From a virus (taxonomy: Duplodnaviria; Caudoviricetes): DNA of 64,000 nucleotides. This document shows positions 36,930-46,400 of the stretch, piece after piece. Position numbers and translations under genes: made by a program. The stretch covers positions 1,169 to 65,168 of the IMG/VR virus record IMGVR_UViG_3300025009_000098; one strand, 5' to 3'. Every line of letters begins with the position of its first letter. Positions within the stretch are counted from its first letter, which is position 1. The notes under the pieces were generated by a model. That model did not search any database. It was not told where the DNA came from and saw only the letters and a program-made list of their open reading frames with translations.

Positions 36930-38125
36930 TGGATTTAGAAGTCACGCTTAATATCATCGATTACGCAGTCCTATTCTCCAACTCGGTCGAGTTGACTGTC
37001 CATGAGTCGGAGAGCATGACGTTCAACTGTGAGGTTGGCTTGTACGCCAACTCAACTTCAGATTACGTACGCGCCTCTCTCCCAGCACTGGCTGGATTTG
37101 TCAGAGAATCGGCGGGGACTTATGGTGCAGTCTATGCTGAACTTCCGGCTATGACTGCGATGATTGAGGAAGGAGCCTATGTTCCCCCTGCCTTGCAGTA
37201 TGCCTTCGGCATCCTCCCCCCGTTGACGGCGTTCATCTCGATCGGCACGGAAAGTCCTGTTTCGGTCGATGCAACTCTCCCGGCACTTCAAGGCAGAGCA
37301 TACGAGAGCGCATATGGCGAAGTCTATGCGACTCTTCCGAGTATGCAGGGGTTTGCCTTTGAAGATCCGAACCCAGGGGAAGCGTGGTGCGTATCGGTGA
37401 TGTATGCTCTGGACGGAGCAGTTGCGCCAATGCAGCACATCGTTTTTCTCAACGCGAACGGTCAGGTTGTAGATACCTACTCGGCAACGCGGACCTTGAT
37501 TGCGACCGTGATTGAACAGATTCAGGCAAGTGGAACATTCACAGTTCTTGGTACATACGTTGCATCCATGACAGCCTCGCTCTCAGCATCCACAAACCAG
37601 TTGGCAACTATAGGCCGTGTTGTTGGGGAAACAACGGTCTACTCTCCTTCCCTTGATGATGACGGCAGGGTGTGGGTGGTCAATATGGATCCAAATGCTG
37701 CTGGTCAATATGCTTCAGGGCAGTATGACAATTACGGCTTCAACTCGTTCTTTGAGAGCGATGGAAAGTATTACGGCGTAGCAGATGACGGAATCTACGA
37801 ACTCGCCGGGTCCACCGATGCTGGCAGCACCATCGACTGGCAAGTAGACTTTGGCACCAGCAACTGTGGCATTCCGGCCAGAAAGAAGATTCTCAATGTC
37901 TATGTCGGGGTAACTACTGGCGGCACCACCTACATGAAGGTGAACGTCGACGGTACTGAGCACACCTACCGGGTCGAGGCCTGCACTCGCGGCCCCTACG
38001 ATTTCCGAGCCAAGATCCCGCACGACATCCAGGGGCATCAGTGGGGCTTTACCCTGATGTCGTCCGATGACACCGACCTGATCGGGGTGGAGTTCGTCCC
38101 GGCAAACCTTACCAGGAGGATATGA
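36929..38125 (+). CDS. tail protein
   Basis: Repeated A(S/E/T)LP(A/S)(L/M) motifs; YDNYGFNSF...DDGIYEL.G C-terminal domain. Confidence 0.7.
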   Translation: MDLEVTLNIIDYAVLFSNSVELTVHESESMTFNCEVGLYANSTSDYVRASLPALAGFVRESAGTYGAVYAELPAMTAMIEEGAYVPPALQYAFGILPPLTAFISIGTESPVSVDATLPALQGRAYESAYGEVYATLPSMQGFAFEDPNPGEAWCVSVMYALDGAVAPMQHIVFLNANGQVVDTYSATRTLIATVIEQIQASGTFTVLGTYVASMTASLSASTNQLATIGRVVGETTVYSPSLDDDGRVWVVNMDPNAAGQYASGQYDNYGFNSFFESDGKYYGVADDGIYELAGSTDAGSTIDWQVDFGTSNCGIPARKKILNVYVGVTTGGTTYMKVNVDGTEHTYRVEACTRGPYDFRAKIPHDIQGHQWGFTLMSSDDTDLIGVEFVPANLTRRI

Positions 38126-38126
38126 C

Positions 38127-39329
38127 ATGCCCACCGCCGAAGAAACGATCAATGCGATAATCGCCAACGCCCTCCTTACGGCGCAGACATACACGACCCA
38201 GGTTGCAGACGCCGCGAATGATCTAATCGGCGTCAATGCTGGATTCTATATTGACCCTCCATCCACGACGACAGGCTTTGCCTTGTCTGAACTTACCACC
38301 CCCCTCACAGATATAGCGTTTGTGCCAACAGTTACCCCTGCGCCAAGCACGGCCACAGGGTTTGCGCCCGCTGCTGTCGAGCCTACAATTCCAAGCGTTG
38401 CAGATGCGACGATAACCTACGATGCCCAACTAGCCAAATTAATCGCTATGTTATCCGCCCAGCTAGCCGGGTTTTTCGCCAGCTATTACCCCTTGGCGAG
38501 CGACGCTTTTGATGAAGCTACAACTTGGCTGGTCAATACCATCACCAATGGCGGTACCGGGATCAATCAGGCGATCTGGGATCAGGTCTGGCAGCGAGGG
38601 AGGGAGAATGTCATCGCGGACGGCCGCAGAGTGCAGGCGCAGATTGTCACCGGCTTCGCTGCAAAAGGCATAATGCTTCCTGCCGGCGCGATGATCAAGA
38701 AAATATCTGAGTCGTTGTTTGATCAAGCCGGAAAGGTGGGGCAGATGGCCACCGCCAATGCCATGAAGCAGGTTGAGATCGAGGTTGAGACAATTAAGTT
38801 TGCGATCGGCAAAGCCCTCGAGTCTCGCCAGATGGCGATGCAGGCCGCTGCTGATTACATTCGGGCCATAGCCACGGCTCCGGATGCGGCGGTGCGGGTG
38901 GCCAGTATCAACACTGATACGCAGGCGAAGATGATGGGGGCTGCTGCTGAGTTCTATAGGGCGCGACTTAACAGAGATGATTTAGTGCTGCAATCAAAAA
39001 TAGCCACCCTGACAGCCGGGACCGATATTTACCGTTCGCAAATGGCTAAGGATGATCTTTCCCTGAAGGCAAAAATTGCTGAGGTCAGTAGCGGGGTAGA
39101 TGTATATCGAGCCACCCTTACGAGGGACGAGTTGGATCTCAAAGCTAAGACATCTGACATCACGGCCGGCATAGATGTCTACAAGCACCGCCGGGAGAAT
39201 GCCACTGAGAACGACCGGGTCGAGGTCCAGGCCTTGACCGCAGCAGCTGACGCGTTCGCCAGGACTGCCTCGGCAGCGCTTGCCAGCCTGAACAGCATCG
39301 TCAGTTCGTCTGTCAACTCGTTTGCTTGA
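38127..39329 (+). CDS. putative internal virion/ejection protein
   Basis: Ala-rich helical protein; GGTGI...IWDQVWQRGRE; 25-aa repeats. Confidence 0.65.
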   Translation: MPTAEETINAIIANALLTAQTYTTQVADAANDLIGVNAGFYIDPPSTTTGFALSELTTPLTDIAFVPTVTPAPSTATGFAPAAVEPTIPSVADATITYDAQLAKLIAMLSAQLAGFFASYYPLASDAFDEATTWLVNTITNGGTGINQAIWDQVWQRGRENVIADGRRVQAQIVTGFAAKGIMLPAGAMIKKISESLFDQAGKVGQMATANAMKQVEIEVETIKFAIGKALESRQMAMQAAADYIRAIATAPDAAVRVASINTDTQAKMMGAAAEFYRARLNRDDLVLQSKIATLTAGTDIYRSQMAKDDLSLKAKIAEVSSGVDVYRATLTRDELDLKAKTSDITAGIDVYKHRRENATENDRVEVQALTAAADAFARTASAALASLNSIVSSSVNSFA

Positions 39330-39354
39330 TTTATATATGAGAATACTCTATAGT
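39326..39354 (+). promoter_or_regulatory. promoter upstream of the ejection-protein genes
   Basis: TTGATT-N17-TATAGT in an AT-rich gap. Confidence 0.6.
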
Positions 39355-39387
39355 TAAGCCACACCCTAACCAAGAAGGAGATGGCAG

Positions 39388-40479
39388 ATGGCATATTTGA
39401 CACCGGAAGAGAGAATAGCAGCTGCCGTCGAAAGTGGCTGGCGCGGATTGGCCAACCGTTTCGGTACCGCCCGGGCCGGCACGCCGCAGGAAAAGTTCAA
39501 CGCTCCCCCCGAACCTCCGCCGGCCGTTGCTCCGGCAGTCGCCCCCGCCGAGCGGGCGAAGGTGAAGGCCAACAGCTTTACTACCACCCTCCCCAATCAG
39601 GACCTTACGGCGAATCACAGAGGGTTACGCGCAGCCCCCGCCGCTCCTGTCCGTTCCGTACCGACCAGCAATTTCATCATGGATAAGTCAACAGGCAACA
39701 CTGTGTCGATGAATCCAGACGGAAGTATGCGCTGGTCCGACGTTGCCGGCGAGACGATCGCCCGGCCGCAGGCCCCAATGATCGAGGCTCGTCCCGCCAC
39801 CTCTGGAATGGTCCGGCCCACCGCCCAGATCGACCGCTACAATGCCGCCCAGGAAGTCCCCCGCGGTCAGTTCTTCGGCGTGCGGCCGCTGCCCGGCGCC
39901 GGCGGAGACAACCTCACAGACAAGAGTATCGGCGGGCTGGTAGTAGACGGCATCAGGCAGCGCAGGGCTCAGATCGCCGCCACCCAGGACCTCACCGCCA
40001 GGGGGCAGGACGCCGAGCTTGTCGCGGCCGGGATGCGGGAGCGCACCGCCGGGGAGCAGAACAGGATCCTCGCCGAGCGGGCCACTTCAGAGATGGGCCT
40101 TGATCGGGCGCAGACTGCCGCCGCCGAGCAGGAGCTGGCCCAGGCCGACGAGGTCAGAGGGTTGATTGATCAATTTGACACTGAGACCGATAAGGGCATC
40201 CGCCAGCGCCTTAAGGAGCGGATCAACCTGTTGACCGGCCGGAAGGAGGAACAGATCGCGCCGCACTTCACGACTGAGGAACTGCAGGGACTCGAGGGCG
40301 GATCGCGGGGGGTGGTGATCGTCCCTGACCCGGCCGCACCCGGAGGCTTCCGCAAGATTGTACCGCAAGAGAGCGGAGGTTCGGCGCTGCCGCCGGTAGC
40401 CGACCGGGTCGAGGGTAAGGTCTACCCCTTGCCGCAGGGTAATTTCAGATGGGTCAAGGGTAAGTGGGAGGCCGAGTAA
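39388..40479 (+). CDS. putative ejection (DNA-injection) protein
   Basis: Low-complexity, helical 363 aa directly before the giant protein. Confidence 0.6.
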   Translation: MAYLTPEERIAAAVESGWRGLANRFGTARAGTPQEKFNAPPEPPPAVAPAVAPAERAKVKANSFTTTLPNQDLTANHRGLRAAPAAPVRSVPTSNFIMDKSTGNTVSMNPDGSMRWSDVAGETIARPQAPMIEARPATSGMVRPTAQIDRYNAAQEVPRGQFFGVRPLPGAGGDNLTDKSIGGLVVDGIRQRRAQIAATQDLTARGQDAELVAAGMRERTAGEQNRILAERATSEMGLDRAQTAAAEQELAQADEVRGLIDQFDTETDKGIRQRLKERINLLTGRKEEQIAPHFTTEELQGLEGGSRGVVIVPDPAAPGGFRKIVPQESGGSALPPVADRVEGKVYPLPQGNFRWVKGKWEAE

Positions 40480-43400
40480 TGGCTTACACCGATGAGGAAC
40501 TTCTCGCCCTGCCGGTAGCCGGCAAGACATCGTTCACTGACGAAGAACTGCTCAATATGCCGTCTTCGGCAACTGTCCCACCGCCGGCCGGCATCCGCCG
40601 TTCCGCAACCGGAGAGATAGCCACCGGGTTAAAGCGCGGCGTCATTGGCGAATTGCCCAGGATGGTCGGGCAGGCAGCCAAGTGGGCAACGGAGCCAGCG
40701 TCGGGCATTTACAGGAAAGGGCAGCAATTAGTTACGGCCGCTGACGAACGTCTCGCCAGACCTGAGAACCAGCTTAATCCGGAAGGCCACAACGTCGTCA
40801 CCAACGCCCTCGCCTCCGGCGCGGAGATGCTCGCCCCGTCGGTGGCTATCCCGGCAGCGACTGGACTCGCTCTGGCAGCGGCTCCGGAGGTAGCAGTCAG
40901 TGGCGCCGTAGGCTTAGGGATTGCCTCTCTGGCCGGCGCAGTGCCGATGGGCATGGCGCAGGCGCAGGATACTTTCGAGAATGTCAAGGTTGCAGGCGGA
41001 ACGGATGAGTCGGCACGAGCCGCGGGCTGGAAGTCCGGAGCAATTGAGGCCGGCGGCGAGACCGTCGGCACATACCTCGGCGGAAAGCTGCTGGGCATAG
41101 GTGGCAAGGTACTCGCTGGGGAAGGAGTATTGAAGCCTTTCGCCAAGCAGTTAGGCAAGACCGCAGTCGGCGAGGTCGGCACCGAGATGGGCCAGAGCTA
41201 CGGCGAGGCCGCAGTGGAGAAAGGCGCCGGAGTGAATGTCGATCCATGGCAGCAGGCTAAGGCCGCCATAGCCCCGACCCTCGGCATGACTGCCCTGCTG
41301 TCACCGTTCGGACTTGCCGGGCAATATCGCAACTCCAGACGGGCTCGCGCTCAAGAAGTCCTCGACGATACTCCAAGCGAAGACCCGGTAACCGACCGGG
41401 TGAGTGGCGAGCTGCTGACCACCCTGCTGCCCGAGGGCATAGTCCTCAACGGCACCAAGAACAGCATGGCCAATGTCAGTTTCCCAACCGCCGACGGCCA
41501 GAGCGCGACGATCAATATCCCGATCGACGAGGTCAGTAAACTCCTCGCCGCCAACAAGCCGGACGAGATCGCTGCCGCCCTTGAGTGGGTCGAGCAGGAG
41601 CGGGCGGCGAAGATTTACAATAAGACGAAGAACCTGCCGACGGAAGATTACTCCGGCGTCACCCTGCCCGGGACCATCGAAGACAAGACAATCAGGGGTC
41701 TGGCGCAGGGCGGGATGCGCAGCTTGACCACCGACGCGGCCAAGGCGCCGGCCGAGCAACTGCTGGCAGAGGCCGAGGAGGCCATGCAGCGCCGCAGGGC
41801 TGAGTTGTACAACCAGACCCGTAACCTGCCGGCAGAGGACTACTCGGGCGTGGAGGTGCCGCCGTCCCGGCAGCAGCCCTCCCCCGGTCTCGGGATGCGC
41901 TTCAGCCAGCCGCCGGTAAAGCCGGATGTCAGCAAGACCCCGGTCACCGGCTACGAGGCCGATCTGGTCAAGGTCGCCGACACCCTGGGCAACGAGCACT
42001 TCGTCCAGAAACGCGAACTTGCCGGCAAGGGCAAGGAGATCGCCCGCTATACCGAGGACGGCCGGAGAACGGTTACCACCATCCCACGTGCTTCGCTGGT
42101 GCAGTCACAGCCTGCTACTGTGAATTACACCCGTCTTCCCGACGACCCGGCCAAACCCGACACGGTGCAGTATAATGTTAGGGGAGAAGTCCGCACTTTC
42201 GCTCCGGCGGAGGGGATGAGCAAGGCGGAGGTCGAGGAGGCCCTCGCCGCCCGGAAAGGCCCCGGGTCGCAGGTTGCCTGGTTGCAGAAGAATACTGTTG
42301 AGGTGAAGGATGAAGATCAGCAAGCGGGGGCTACGCAGGCTGAAGTTAAAACCGATCAAGCTGGACCTGTCGAACCTACAGCCGCTGCCTCTGGATCTGG
42401 CGTGCAACCGCCAGCCGCAGAAATCCATACTGCCACCGGAGATGGTAAAGCTGAAGTAGCCACCACTGCAGATGCGCCCCGGCCGAACAGAAAGTATAGC
42501 GACGAGGAAGCGGTAAAAGGGTTGCAGTACAAACGGGAGGGGCATACTGGAGATATGCAGAACATCCTGGATATAACTGAAGAGACGGTCGAGGTAGCAC
42601 AGGTAGCTGTCAAAGCAGGCGAGTCACTGCAGGATGCGTATGACAGGTATGTGTCATTCACAAGAGGGTACCCAGATGTCAGTATTGAGGGGTTCGCTGA
42701 TATTTATGCTAATGTAGGCGGTGACATTGGAACGCAAAAATCAGTATCTATCGGCAGGAGTATTACCGAGAACGCTGCAAAAGCTCCTGCCGTAGAGAAA
42801 AGCACCCCCTCGGCCTCTGCCAAGGCACCGGCAAGCCCACCGCAGGGGGTCACTTCTTCCGAGGAAGTCTACAATAACGGCGGCACTGGTGAATTGATGC
42901 TGCTGAGGAAAAGGTCTGATGGACTTGTAATGTTGCAAGATACCAAAGACAACGTCCTCGGCACGTTCCCCGATGCGAAGCAGGCAGCAACCACAGCGAA
43001 AGAGATGGGCTATAGTTGGCGGGATGAGACCGGCCAGTTGCCCAAACGCTCCGCTGTGGAGAAGCCTACCAAGGCCAAGGCAGCCAAGCCGAAGCCCGCA
43101 GCAGCCAAACCCCCCACCCTCCCCGGCGTTAAGTACGACGGCAAGAACCAGTTCACCATCACCGAGGGTAAAGCCAAAGGTGCGTCGTTCACTGTCAAGG
43201 ACCTGAGCGAACAGGAAGTCAAGAAGGCCCACGACAAAACGGTCAAGGGGTTCGTCAGGTCGAAGACTGCCCCCAAGGCCTCCGTTGTCGCCCGGGTCGC
43301 GGCCAGGAAACACGAGATGCTCGCCCCCACCGTGGCCGAGATCATCGCCGAGGACGGCACCAAGGAGTTCAAGCGGGTGCCTTCAGTCGAGGTCTACACC

Positions 43401-46400
43401 GCCCTCGCCGAGGCGCGCCGGCAGGCAGACCCAAAAGCCAAGATCGACGACCGACTGTTCTATGAGCTGGCGAGCATGAGTGAGAAGGACTACCAGGAGG
43501 TACTGCCCCTGGACTCGGTTGAGTCGGAGATGGTGGCTTTTCACGGCACACCGCACACTGTCGACAAGTTCTCGATGTCGAAGGTAGGCACCGGTGAGGG
43601 GGCGCAGGCTTACGGGCACGGTCTCTATTTCTCGTCGGCTAAGAGTGTCGCCGAATGGTATCGGGATAAACTGGCTGAGTGGCAACCGACCGTAGAGGAC
43701 ATGCGGGATTACTTCAAGCCAGGGAATATTGTTCCAGCTTACGGAGGGCAGGACAGGGTTGTAAAGTTTTACGAGGCAAGTGATGGTAGTTGGACCGGCA
43801 TGGGCGAGTGGGCCGTTGAGGTCCGCGCTGTTGATGAGAACGGTAATGACATACGAGGTGAACGGAACAGGATACACGGCACAACGCCAAAGAAGAATAA
43901 CTTTGAACGAATTACAGGGAGAAAAGCAAGCGCTGGCAAACTCTACCAAGTAGACCTCGCCCCCGCCGAAGATGAGTATCTTCTCTGGGATCGTCCGCTG
44001 AGCGAGCAGTCGGAGAAGGTGAAGGCTGCGCTGAAACCTGTACTGAAAAATCTACAGGACCAGTATGACTATGCCGCGAGTCTGGTCAGGGGTGGAAAAT
44101 CTCAAAATGCGTTAGAATTAACCGGCAGAGATTTGTATGAGAGAGGTTTGTTACAGGGTGGAGTTGATTCAAATGAGTTCAAGGGGAAGCTTGACGACAA
44201 AGGAAAATCAGAATACCTCCACTCCCTCGGTATCCGTGGAATCAAGTATCTCGACGGGACAAGCCGGGGGAAGGGTGAAGGGAACTTCAACTATGTCATC
44301 TTCAACGAGGATGACATCAGCATCCTCTCATCTGAAAAGAAAACCCTCGGCGGCGACCCGGATACCCAGGAGTCCCAAACTATCCAGGATGGGCTCGAAG
44401 GCAAGACCGCCCTCGAAGCCACCAAGTTCTTGGTCGACAACGCCCCGACCGCCTCCAACCGCATCATCGCCGAGAAGGTCAGGAATGTCTTGCAGAGGCT
44501 GACCGCTCAAGGCATCAAGTTCAACTTCAAGATCGCCCATGTCGGCGATCAGGTGCCGGCGTCGTTGGCCAACGCCCGCGGGCTGTCCTCGACCAAGTTC
44601 AATGAGACCCCGATGACCGTCGATGTCTGGCTGAACGGCGCCGATGTCACAGGTAAGAGCGGCATGTCCTACGAGGTCGCCCTGCATGAGTTTATCCACG
44701 CTGCCACCCAGGCTGCCCTGCACCTAGGCAACCGGCGCGCCGCAGCCGGCACCGCCACGGCCAAGGCAGTCGCTGACCTGTACTCCGTGACTAACGAGAT
44801 CATCGCCCACTTCAACGCCCGCATCGAAGCCAACAAGAACGACATGGGCAATCTCACCGCACTTGAGCGGGCGATCTACGAGAACCGCACCAACGCCCTG
44901 GCCAACCCACACGAGATCCTGGCCTGGACATTGTCGAACAAGGAGATGCAGGAGTACCTCGAGACCATCAAGTCCGGACCCGAGACTCTATGGTCCAAGT
45001 TCGTCGCGTCCATCCGCACCCTGCTCGGCCTGCCGGTCTCCTCGAACACCGCCCTCGCTAAAGTCCTCGCCGCCAGCGAGACGATCTTCGACGCGCCGGT
45101 GCTTGAGTTGCTGCAAGCAGCGAAAACAGGGACCCCGGCGACGGTGGCTCAGACTACGGCGATGAGTGTTGAGGATGTGCAAAAAGCTGCTAAAGCAGTA
45201 TGGTCGGATGAGCGTATAGACGCTGAGATTGGGTATGCAGCTTATGACGATGGCAGAACGAAGGCAGTAGTAGGGTTCGTAAACCCGAAAGAGTTTGTAG
45301 CCTCGACAGTAGATGAACAATTTAAAGCTCGAAAGATAACTAGAGAAGCTGGGAATCTTGATCTTGCGAAACTCCGCAGAGAGTCTCAGTCGATGTTTCT
45401 GTATGTTTCTGAGGATAGGAAGATTATTGATCACGAGGGGCGACATCGCATGGCGGCACTGGCCGCTGCAGGCATTGAGCGCGTACCTGTTATTCTTGAC
45501 TATCGCGCTGGGAAAATGCGGTTTGACAGCAAGTCGGTGAACCTCATGGGTCAAGTTTTCCCTATGGGGATGGGTAAAGATTTGATCGTCCATGATGTCA
45601 CTCCACTTACTTTTGAGAACAAGCGCAAAATAGCCAAGATGATGTCTGGAGATGATGTAGCAGTGAGCTTCTACCAGTCCTCAGTCGAATCCCAGATGAT
45701 CTCCAGTCTTAATACTGCGGTCAAGGACGCCAGAACGACCGCTGCCAACGCCCTCGCATCTCTTAACAACCCCAAGGACGCCCTGCACGACAAGTGGCTG
45801 CAGCACGCACCCAAGGTCCTCGCTGTCACCCCGCTCTCCCATCTCGCTCAGACCTACGGCAAGACCATCCACTGGATCAAGGACCTGGCCAAGCACACCA
45901 ACGAGTTGGAGGCTACCACTACCCGGCTGATCGATGACTTCTTCGCCATTCACGAAGAAGCAACTAAGGCTGCCGAGTCTGAGACCGGCATCGACAAGTT
46001 CAACCGGGCCATGCTGGTCGCCACCTTCAACCAGATGAACCCGACCAAAGAACTCAGCAAACAGGACTGGGTCTCGGACAAGCTCCCCCCCGGCCAGCAG
46101 ATCGTCGATGCCCAGAAGAAATGGGTCGATGCCGGGATGCAGAAAGCCACCGGGATGACATTCACTCAAGCCTACGCTGAGTCCAAAAAAGAGTACGAGG
46201 CCCTCGGCCCCAAGACGCAAAAGCAGATGGTCGAGATCGCCAAGTACCTCGGCAAGCTGCGAGACATGGACCGCGACGCCTCCCTGGCCTTTATCGAGAA
46301 GGTATCGAAAGAGGGCTCCGACTTGCGCAAGTCCCTAATGGAGCAGTTCAATAACTCCTTCAGTAGATTGAAAGGTATGTACTTCCCTCTCAGCCGCTAC

